Assembly (NCBI GenBank): GCA_043753995.1
Contig: JAYUVP010000061.1
Span: forward strand, 1-23,826
Direction of reading: 5' to 3'
DNA length: 23,826 nucleotides
Origin: Fibrobacterota bacterium
GTDB lineage: Bacteria; Fibrobacterota; Fibrobacteria; UBA11236
In this document: positions 8,428 through 15,576 of the stretch, in pieces
Position numbering within the stretch: the first letter of the stretch is position 1
Layout: the number at the start of each line of letters is the position of its first letter
The notes under the pieces: model-generated
Database searches by the model: none
The model's input: the letters and a program-made list of their open reading frames with translations, nothing else
Told to the model about the DNA's origin: nothing
Position numbers and translations under genes: made by a program

Positions 8428-9948
8428 ATGCAGCATGTTTCGCGGTGGCTTCCTTTCTTGGCCCTCGTTCTGGGTCTTGGGTCATTCCAAGGGTGCAACA
8501 CCGATACTGACCCAGCTGAGGACGCCCTCGTCGTTCCTGCCGAAAATACCCCTACCGTAAACATTGTCGAAATCAAGGGTACCGGGACATGGCAATCCCT
8601 TTTCATCAAAAACAGCTCGGAAATCCCTTCGAATGAATTCAAAGCTTTTTACTTCGAGGATTCCACCAACTCGATTACGGCTTTCTCGGAGCGCGTCCCC
8701 TTCCCCAACTTGAGTTTTTCCAAGGCCAGTCCCCAGGGCATTTCCGCCAAACGTTTCAATGCCTACTGGATAGGCAAATTCGAATTCCCGGAAAAAGCCA
8801 CCTGGCGTATCGACCTGTCTCAGAGCAATGCTTTCGCTCGCATTCTGATCGACAGTCGCGAAATCTATTCCGGTCGAGTAAGCCGAAGCCTATCCCACGC
8901 CTTCGCCAAAGGCGACCATATCATCGAGATCGAATACAAGAATGATTGGGATACCGTAGGGTTCACCATGCACTTCACACCCACTGTGCCCACCGGCGAT
9001 GAGACGCCTCCAGGAACAATCGATACGGCGATCACGGGGGTGGAATACTGGTATGCCGGGGCATACGAGAGTGGAAATAACAATTCAAGCCTGAATGTGG
9101 TCCTGAAAAAAAGTGATAAGCCCGTGGTCCTTTTCCTTTCCTCCTATAGGGCTGTGTATTGGAATATCACCCCTGCTTATTCTGGCCAAGTCCTAGCCGT
9201 CTATGTGGATTCCTATGAGCCGCAAAGCACGGTGACGGGACTGGGGTCCTCGGTGCTTGTAACCACGCTTAAAGGGATTCCCTTTTCGTATAAGTTGTTG
9301 CCGGAATGCCATCCCGAAGTGGGCTATTGCGACGATCCCGGTTTCCAGAAATTGATCACCTTTCTGGGGAATGAATCCAAAGTCCTAACGGGCTATACCG
9401 GTGCTTATAATCCGGCCTCCATGAGTCTTCCCGAAGTGATTTTGAATGAAGCCAAATACAAGGAAATCAAAGACCAGACTCAGGCCCTGATTGATAGCAG
9501 CAAGCTGCGATTACTTGGCGACGTATTCCGTGGCGATACCGCCGCGACCTGGCAATCGCATTTCATTTCTTCCGATTCGATAATCCCGGTCGGAAAGTTC
9601 CAAGCCTTTTATTTCAGCGATAAAAAACCGGATACGGTCCTCCATTCTGAGATCACGGCCGCACCCGGGATGAAATATTCCTGGTCTGATCTTTACAAAC
9701 TCGATGCCAATAATTTCGCTGGTTATTGGATTGGGACATTCGAATTTACCGTCCCTACGGTTCTCAATATCGGAATCAAGCAAAGCCATGCCCAGACGGC
9801 CATCTATATCAACAAACGATCCGTCCTTACGGGACCCGAAGATATTTCCGGGATGGTTGCTCTGCCGGTAGGAAAGCATCTGATCGAAATCCAGCATATC
9901 AATAATTGGCATACCATCGATTTCTTTGTGTCCTTGGTGCCTAGGTAA
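8428..9948 (+). CDS. Lipoprotein with two PA14-like domains flanking an uncharacterised central domain
   Basis: 506-aa ORF with SD GGAG and lipobox GSFQGC. Internal duplication: FKAFYF..AYWIGKFEF..SQSNA..GDHIIEIEYKNDWDTVGF versus FQAFYF..GYWIGTFEF..KQSHA..GKHLIEIQHINNWHTIDF. Confidence 0.75.
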   Translation: MQHVSRWLPFLALVLGLGSFQGCNTDTDPAEDALVVPAENTPTVNIVEIKGTGTWQSLFIKNSSEIPSNEFKAFYFEDSTNSITAFSERVPFPNLSFSKASPQGISAKRFNAYWIGKFEFPEKATWRIDLSQSNAFARILIDSREIYSGRVSRSLSHAFAKGDHIIEIEYKNDWDTVGFTMHFTPTVPTGDETPPGTIDTAITGVEYWYAGAYESGNNNSSLNVVLKKSDKPVVLFLSSYRAVYWNITPAYSGQVLAVYVDSYEPQSTVTGLGSSVLVTTLKGIPFSYKLLPECHPEVGYCDDPGFQKLITFLGNESKVLTGYTGAYNPASMSLPEVILNEAKYKEIKDQTQALIDSSKLRLLGDVFRGDTAATWQSHFISSDSIIPVGKFQAFYFSDKKPDTVLHSEITAAPGMKYSWSDLYKLDANNFAGYWIGTFEFTVPTVLNIGIKQSHAQTAIYINKRSVLTGPEDISGMVALPVGKHLIEIQHINNWHTIDFFVSLVPR

Positions 9949-10029
9949 AGGAGCCGCGCTTCATTCTCATGCGGTTTCGTATCAACCACCGAAAATGATT
10001 TATACCCCGGGCTAGCCTAAATTTAGCGC

Positions 10030-10722
10030 ATGTCCCGGGCCAGCCGCTTACTTGAGCTTTTAGAAATGCTCCGCCGTCACCGGTATCCTGTGACGGGCGC
10101 AGCCCTGGCTGCCAAACTCGGCATTAGCCAGCGTTCCCTTTACCGTGACATTATCACCTTGCAATCCCAAGGGGCTCGCATCGATGGGGCACCCGGACTT
10201 GGCTATGTCCTTAGGCCGGGCTTCACCTTGCCCCCTCTCATGTTTTCCGAAAATGAGCTTGAGGCTTTGTCGCTGGGCGCGCAATGGGTTGTCGAGCGCA
10301 CCGATGCCGAAATGTCAGCTTCGGCTCGCAGCGCCCTCGCGAAAATCATTTCTGTGCTGCCACCGAATTTGCGGAGTGAAATAGATGCCTCCACCGTGAT
10401 GGTGGCACCCATACCCGGGCCCCAGGCTATGGACCATGATTTGCCTATGCGCCAGGCCATTCGCAAAGAAAGCAAGATGCGGATAAACTATCGCGATGGC
10501 CAGGACCGTTCTTCACAGCGAATCATTTGGCCTATGGCCTTCGCCTATTTCGAACAAGTGCGTATGGTGGTGGCATGGTGCGAATGGAGAGGAGGCTTTC
10601 GCCATTTCCGAGTCGATCGCATTCAGTCACTCGAAACCTTGCCCGAGCGCTATCCGCGCCGACGTCAAGCCTTGATGGAAGCCTGGAGAAAACAGGAAGG
10701 GATTGAAACGGCCGGCGATTGA
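10030..10722 (+). CDS. YafY-family HTH-WYL transcriptional regulator
   Basis: N-terminal wHTH RASRLLELLEMLR..LAAKLGISQRSLYRDI, GYVLRPGFTLPPLMFSENELEAL, and WYL core YRD..SQRIIWP..VVAWCEWRGGFRHFRVDRI. Confidence 0.95.
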   Translation: MSRASRLLELLEMLRRHRYPVTGAALAAKLGISQRSLYRDIITLQSQGARIDGAPGLGYVLRPGFTLPPLMFSENELEALSLGAQWVVERTDAEMSASARSALAKIISVLPPNLRSEIDASTVMVAPIPGPQAMDHDLPMRQAIRKESKMRINYRDGQDRSSQRIIWPMAFAYFEQVRMVVAWCEWRGGFRHFRVDRIQSLETLPERYPRRRQALMEAWRKQEGIETAGD

Positions 10723-10775
10723 ATAATCAGGAAATTGGAATGCTTGATGATTGTAAAGCCTTAAGCGAACGCTAC

Positions 10776-10807
10776 TGACAGTTTCTGGCATACCCGATGC
10801 CTAACCT
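10776..10807 (+). promoter_or_regulatory. Candidate WYL-regulator operator TGACA-N5-TGGCA plus -10-like TAACCT for the VOC gene
   Basis: Imperfect palindrome TGACA gtttc TGGCA at 10776-10790, 11 bp before TAACCT (10802-10807), in the gap between the regulator and its likely target. Confidence 0.55.
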
Positions 10808-10873
10808 TTTGAGCAAGCCGTAAGTGACGGCTCATCGAGTCGCACTTTGCGGCTTAGAAATAAAGGCAATGTC

Positions 10874-11242
10874 ATGACCCCCAAGCCCAGCATCACCATC
10901 CTGTATGTCGATAATGTCGCCGCAAGCTGTACATTCTATTCCGGAGTTCTGGAACGGCAGCCCGTCGATCAATCCCCCAACTTCGGCATGTTCGCCTTGG
11001 AGGGCGGAATGATGCTCGGCCTATGGGCCAAGACCGATACCCAACCCAAACCACTCGTCGCCGCGGGTTGCGCTGAATTGGGCTTCTCTTTGGAGGAGAA
11101 GGCCCAATTGGATGCCTTGCATTTGGAATGGGCCAGGCGCGGTTATTCCATCATTCAAAAGCCCGTGGACATGGATTTCGGGTATACCTTCACCGCCGTG
11201 GATTTAGATGGGCACCGCCTGCGCGTCATGGTCTTGGCGTAA
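10874..11242 (+). CDS. VOC/glyoxalase-family protein, EhpR (phenazine resistance)-like
   Basis: ATG 10874 follows SD AAAGG (10862-10866), giving 122 aa. Motifs ILYVDNVAASCTFY, GMMLGLWAK, AELGF and MDFGYTFTAVDLDGHRLRV. Confidence 0.9.
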   Translation: MTPKPSITILYVDNVAASCTFYSGVLERQPVDQSPNFGMFALEGGMMLGLWAKTDTQPKPLVAAGCAELGFSLEEKAQLDALHLEWARRGYSIIQKPVDMDFGYTFTAVDLDGHRLRVMVLA

Positions 11243-11276
11243 GAGATTTGCCTGGCACAATCACTTTTCCGCAAAT

Positions 11277-11304
11277 AAAAAAGGGGCCCTAGTGAGCCCC
11301 TTTT
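11277..11304. terminator. Bidirectional intrinsic terminator between the convergent VOC and PEP-CTERM genes
   Basis: AAAAAA-GGGGC-cctagtga-GCCCC-TTTT: a GC stem flanked by an A-tract and a T-tract. Confidence 0.85.
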
Positions 11305-11326
11305 CATCAAGTCTTAGAAATGAAAA

Positions 11327-11977
11327 TTAAACGGTCTTTTTTCTCTTGATGCCGAAAGCAAGGCCAGCCAAGCCAAGGCCAAAGAGGGCCAAGGTGCCGG
11401 GCTCGGGTACGGCGGCGGCGGTTTCGTGCGTATAGGTCACGTTATCAATGGCGACCCAGTCATAGGAACCGTTCCAAGTAAGGGTAGCATAGGAAGTTCC
11501 GGCGGCGCTGATGCCGAAAAACTCGCCTGCGCTGCTGCCACCGGTTGAAGGCAAGATATAGGTTTCGAGCAGAACATTGGAAGCGTTATAGGCGGCCAAG
11601 CTCCAGGTAGCGAAGGATTCAGCCATGCCCCAGGTAAAGCCGAAAGCGTCGGTGCCGCCAGCGAAATCAAGGCGCAGCGAACTGAAGCCAGTATTGCCAT
11701 AGGTGCCGTTGTCCAGGTAGACACCTTGTTGATTGTAACCTTGGTAGGTGTTGTCAATTTGCAAGTGGTTGTTTGCTGCGGTGAAGGTCACATCTTCCAC
11801 CGTGATGGTGGTATACGAGCCCAGAGCCGTGCCAGTGAAGTCAATCACATTGGCGCCAGCCAAGGAGGCATCGCCAGCGCTGGAAATGAAGGCTGCATTG
11901 ACGGTGGATACGGGAACCACCATGGCAATGGCCAGGGACATTAAGTAACCAGCTTTTTTGAAATTCTTGATTTCCAC
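11327..11977 (-). CDS. PEP-CTERM sorting-domain protein (exosortase substrate)
   Basis: 216 aa with GTG start after AGGGTAGG and a signal peptide ending VNA-A. Body is rich in G/T/A/S/N. Canonical tail VPEPGTLALFGLGLAGLAFGIKRKK. Confidence 0.95.
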   Translation of the reverse strand: MEIKNFKKAGYLMSLAIAMVVPVSTVNAAFISSAGDASLAGANVIDFTGTALGSYTTITVEDVTFTAANNHLQIDNTYQGYNQQGVYLDNGTYGNTGFSSLRLDFAGGTDAFGFTWGMAESFATWSLAAYNASNVLLETYILPSTGGSSAGEFFGISAAGTSYATLTWNGSYDWVAIDNVTYTHETAAAVPEPGTLALFGLGLAGLAFGIKRKKTV

Positions 11978-12045
11978 GTGAACCTACCCTGTTTGATTTA
12001 TTGCCCTATCCTGCATGGATAGCAGACATTTGACCAAGTTCAGAC

Positions 12046-12060
12046 GCAAACCTTAGGCCA
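12046..12060 (-). promoter_or_regulatory. Sigma-54 (-24/-12) promoter of the PEP-CTERM gene
   Basis: Minus strand TGGCCTAAGGTTTGC has exact GG-N10-GC spacing with TGGC and TTGC cores, about 70 nt upstream of the start codon. Confidence 0.75.
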
Positions 12061-12109
12061 TAAGAAAATCCCCTAAAAACGAAATTTGAGGGGGGATATC
12101 GGGCATGGT

Positions 12110-12126
12110 TGTAAAGGATTCCGGCA
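12110..12126 (-). promoter_or_regulatory. Candidate PEP-CTERM box / enhancer-binding-protein (PrsR-like) site
   Basis: Minus strand TGCCGG-AATCC-TTTACA, 17 bp and TGT-N11-ACA-like, about 50 bp upstream of the -24 element. Confidence 0.6.
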
Positions 12127-12227
12127 TTTGACTGTTTTCTTATACAGTTTTGACTATTTCCTGCCCGCCTTGCCATGGCGCAATGTCGTCCTCTGGATCT
12201 CCAAATTTCAAAAGCTGCTTTGCCAAG

Positions 12228-12257
12228 TTGACACGCATTTGACTTAAAGGCTAAGAT
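12228..12257 (+). promoter_or_regulatory. Sigma-70-type promoter for the porin/binding protein/kinase operon
   Basis: TTGACA (12228-12233), 18-bp spacer, TAAGAT (12252-12257). SD GGGAG at 12269-12273 precedes ATG 12281. Confidence 0.6.
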
Positions 12258-12280
12258 ATTCCCTGATTGGGAGCTGCCTA

Positions 12281-13447
12281 ATGCGCTACGCAACCCTTTT
12301 ATTGGCGATTTCCTCAAGTTTACCGCTTCAAGCCAAAGTGGTATTTACCGGTTATGCTGATTTTCGGGCCATTCCACAGGCCCTGACGACACTAGATGCC
12401 GTCGACTCGACGCTCAAGCGTTTGAAAGTGACGCAAACGGAAACCACCTCCCGCACTTTTGGCTGGGATGCCCTGGGCTTATTCGCCTCGACCTCATTCA
12501 ATGATCAAGCCGACTTTCTGGTTGATTTCACTTATCGTCGCATTGGCACCAAGGTCGAAGAGACGCGCATTCAATACGCTTACCTCGATTATCGCCCTTG
12601 GGCCTCGTGGGACTTGAAACTGGGCAAAATCACCTTGCCCATCGGCCTCTACAATGAAAATTATTTTTACCCCTTTTTGCGTCCCACCATTACACCTCCG
12701 ATTTATCAGACCGCCATTTTGGGCCTGCCCATCGCCGATTTGGGCGGCTTGATCGGCAAGACTTGGTCCTGGCCGGCCATGGATTTATCCCTCAAGCTTT
12801 TCGGCGTGAACGGTTACGGTCCTTCCAAGGCTTCGGGGAGCATGTTCCGTGCCGGCATCGGTGTGGGTGACGGCTTGGTTTTGGCCAATAATGTGACGGC
12901 GACCAATGGCAACGAGGAGTTCTCCTACGGAGGTAACCTTGGCGTTTCCCTGCTCGCCGAACGCGCTTTGACCATCGGCGTTTCGGGCTATTGGGGGCCA
13001 TGGAGCCGGGACGGGGCCCATACCTTTGCCATGGGCAATGCTTATTTGCAATGGTCGAGGGGGCGATTTCGTTTCTTGGCCGAGGGCTTGCGCACTCAAA
13101 CCGAAGCCGATCAAGGCGTGCTGGGTTATTTCGGATCCAAAGATTGGGGAACCCAGGGCGCCTTCACCGAAGGAAGCGCGGTCCTGTGGCGGCGGGGACA
13201 AGACGAGTTGACTTTTTTCCTCGGGGCTGAAATCAATCGAGGCGAGGGCGAAGGGCCGGGTGCTCGCGGCAAGGAAAAGGTGCAGCAAGCCCATGCTGGC
13301 TTGACTTTCAAGTACGGCGATTTCCTATGGCTCAAAGGCGAGTTCAATGCCTTGCAATACATCATACCCTTGCAGGAAGGCGCATCCGTTTCCGACCTCG
13401 ACATTCAATCGCGGCAAATCAGCGTCAGCCTGGTGGTGACTTATTAA
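12281..13447 (+). CDS. Outer-membrane beta-barrel (porin-like) protein, paralog 1
   Basis: Signal peptide ends LQA-K. Alternating amphipathic strands, porin-type RIQYAYLDYR..DLKLGKITLPIGLYNE motif, and C-terminal beta-signal ISVSLVVTY. Confidence 0.8.
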   Translation: MRYATLLLAISSSLPLQAKVVFTGYADFRAIPQALTTLDAVDSTLKRLKVTQTETTSRTFGWDALGLFASTSFNDQADFLVDFTYRRIGTKVEETRIQYAYLDYRPWASWDLKLGKITLPIGLYNENYFYPFLRPTITPPIYQTAILGLPIADLGGLIGKTWSWPAMDLSLKLFGVNGYGPSKASGSMFRAGIGVGDGLVLANNVTATNGNEEFSYGGNLGVSLLAERALTIGVSGYWGPWSRDGAHTFAMGNAYLQWSRGRFRFLAEGLRTQTEADQGVLGYFGSKDWGTQGAFTEGSAVLWRRGQDELTFFLGAEINRGEGEGPGARGKEKVQQAHAGLTFKYGDFLWLKGEFNALQYIIPLQEGASVSDLDIQSRQISVSLVVTY

Positions 13448-13475
13448 ATCGTCATCGCGCTTTCGCGTTCCGATT

Positions 13476-14621
13476 TTGATTCTGGCCTTGGCGGCGGGCG
13501 CTATGGCCAAGGTCGTTTTCACGGGTTACAGCGAACTGCGTTTTACTCCCCAAGGGGTGCTCGAAATTTCCGGATCGGATTCCGCCTTGGCCCTGCTGGC
13601 GCGCGACCGGCGGCATACAACCACGCGCAGCTTCAGCATCAATAATCTCGGCTTATTCGCCGCCACGTCCTTCAATGAAAGATTCGATTTTTTAATCGAT
13701 TTCACTTATCGGCGCATTGCCACCACGGTGGGTGAGATGCGTATTCAATACGCCTATTTGCATTATCACAATGAGGCTCTTTGGGAAGTGAAGGCGGGTA
13801 AGGTCACCGTGCCTGCAGGTATTTACAACGAGAATTATTTCTATCCGTTCTCGCGCATCCCTCTATCACCGCCGGTTTTTCAGAGCTCCGTACTCGGCCT
13901 TCCCTTCGCCGACCTCGGCCTTATCGTCGCCAAAACCTGGCTTGCGAGACCTATGGATTTGCAACTCTCGCTGGTCGCGGTGAATGGCTATGGCCCCGCG
14001 CAGGCGGGCACCCTGGTGTTTCGCGGTGGGCTCGGCATCATCGATGGCCTCAGCGTCGCCAGCAATCAGGGAGCGACGAATTCGAATGAGGAATTCACTT
14101 ATGGCGCGAAAGGGATGGTCTCTTTTTTGCCACGGCGCAATGCCAAGCTGGGCCTGTCGGCAAAACGCGGCCCTTGGGATCGCGAAGGCCAATTTGATTT
14201 CACGCATGTCAGCGCTTTCGGTGAAGTGATGATCGGGGACTGGCAATTCCTGACCGAGGCGCTTGGCGTCGAAGTGGAAGGCGACGAGGGCATGAAGCGC
14301 TTTTTCGGCGATAAGGGCTGGCAATCCAAAGCGGTCTTTTTTGAAACCAGCACTGCCGTCTTGAAACGCGAAGCCCGGAAAATCATGGCTTTCGCCGGGG
14401 CCGAAATAGCGCGCGGAGAAGGCCTGGGCCCGGCGTCGCTGGGCGAGGAAAAAATCGACCGCTACAAGCTGGGAGTGGTGTGGTACGAAGGCGAACATAT
14501 CCAGGTCAAAGCCGAAGCCAGTCGCCTCGTCTATTCCATTCCCTTTGTCCCCGGCGGTGTGCACGAAAGCCTTGATTTGAATTCCACTCAATTGACCACT
14601 GGACTGATACTGCTCTTCTGA
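13476..14621 (+). CDS. Outer-membrane beta-barrel (porin-like) protein, paralog 2 (start uncertain)
   Basis: Colinear with paralog 1 (AKVVFTGY, DFTYRRI, RIQYAYL, YNENYFYPF, VNGYGP, NEEF(S/T)YG, GAEI.RGEG.GP) and ends LTTGLILLF. Confidence 0.8.
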   Translation: MILALAAGAMAKVVFTGYSELRFTPQGVLEISGSDSALALLARDRRHTTTRSFSINNLGLFAATSFNERFDFLIDFTYRRIATTVGEMRIQYAYLHYHNEALWEVKAGKVTVPAGIYNENYFYPFSRIPLSPPVFQSSVLGLPFADLGLIVAKTWLARPMDLQLSLVAVNGYGPAQAGTLVFRGGLGIIDGLSVASNQGATNSNEEFTYGAKGMVSFLPRRNAKLGLSAKRGPWDREGQFDFTHVSAFGEVMIGDWQFLTEALGVEVEGDEGMKRFFGDKGWQSKAVFFETSTAVLKREARKIMAFAGAEIARGEGLGPASLGEEKIDRYKLGVVWYEGEHIQVKAEASRLVYSIPFVPGGVHESLDLNSTQLTTGLILLF

Positions 14622-14631
14622 ACGCATCGCC

Positions 14632-15570
14632 ATGATCGATTCAAGAGCCCAGTTTTTCACCCCCACCTTCCGCTTCGCCGGCCTTATCGTCGTTTGGGCA
14701 TGCGTCGCGGCCGATTCGGCGCGACTCTCCATCGTGGTTTCGGGGGCGCCAAGCGCTTCTGCTCCCACAGTCGAAATACTCAAGAGGGGTTTGGCCTCCG
14801 AACATCAGTTGCGAGTCTACACCCTGGGGGAGTCCGAGCGCTTCAATCCTGTGGCCAAGGGACGTTTTTTAGCCCAGGTCTCGACCGGCGATTGGGTGAT
14901 ACCCATCGGCGATCCGGCCACCCAAGTCATTGCCGACGAACTCGACAATTTGCCCACTTTTTTCGTGAATGCCGCCACCTTGCGCGGCGACTTTCTCAGC
15001 CAGCAGCGCGTAGCAGGCGTGCTGGCCTATTCCTTCGAACAAAACCTCCGAGTAGCCAAATTGCTCTTGCCCGAACTCAAAACCATTGGCTTGCTCTATT
15101 CGCCCGGCTATGAAAAATTGATGGAAAAAATGAAGGCCGCCATCCGTGCCAATGGGGCCGAATCCCTGGATGAATTGGTGACATCGCGGAAAGACGTCGG
15201 GCCGGCCGTACGCCGACTCGTTTCGCGCAGCGATTTGCTTTGGATAGCGGGCGATCCCCTTTTGACTCAAGGGCTGGCTTTTGAATACCTCCTGCAAGTC
15301 AGCCTACCGCTGAAAAAACCTTTATTCTCCCCCGTGCCCGAATTAGTCGCCGATGGCGCGCTGTTTTGCGTTCAAGCCGATCCGCAAAAAGTCGCGCAAG
15401 CTGCGGCAATAGCCTTGGGAAAACTGCTTAGCGACGGCCTTCCTGAAGACCAGCGCATCCAGCAAATTTCGGGACTGGGCGGGGCATTGCTCCTCAATCG
15501 TCGCCTGAGCGATAAATGGAATTTGTCCCTCCCGGCAGGCCTGAACGCCCAGGAGGTCGGAGGCCCTTGA
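14632..15570 (+). CDS. Periplasmic ABC-type substrate-binding-like protein (ABC_sub_bind-like fold)
   Basis: N-terminal hydrophobic stretch. Motifs VIPIGDPAT, LLPELKTIGLLYSP, DLLWIAGDPLL, LVADGALFCV and LLLNRRLSDKWNLSLP are typical of PF04392-like proteins. Confidence 0.8.
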   Translation: MIDSRAQFFTPTFRFAGLIVVWACVAADSARLSIVVSGAPSASAPTVEILKRGLASEHQLRVYTLGESERFNPVAKGRFLAQVSTGDWVIPIGDPATQVIADELDNLPTFFVNAATLRGDFLSQQRVAGVLAYSFEQNLRVAKLLLPELKTIGLLYSPGYEKLMEKMKAAIRANGAESLDELVTSRKDVGPAVRRLVSRSDLLWIAGDPLLTQGLAFEYLLQVSLPLKKPLFSPVPELVADGALFCVQADPQKVAQAAAIALGKLLSDGLPEDQRIQQISGLGGALLLNRRLSDKWNLSLPAGLNAQEVGGP

Positions 15571-15576
15571 GACCTC

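Noticed and set aside
10030..11242. WYL gene as a marker of a phage-defence island
   Set aside because: It is the short YafY type paired with a VOC gene, and no nuclease, toxin or other defence gene is nearby.
12006..12317. 103-aa minus-strand ORF in the divergent intergenic region
   Set aside because: It spans the promoter elements of both flanking units and has no protein-like features.
13866..14783. 305-aa minus-strand ORF
   Set aside because: Antisense shadow of barrel 2 and the binding protein, with no recognisable motifs.
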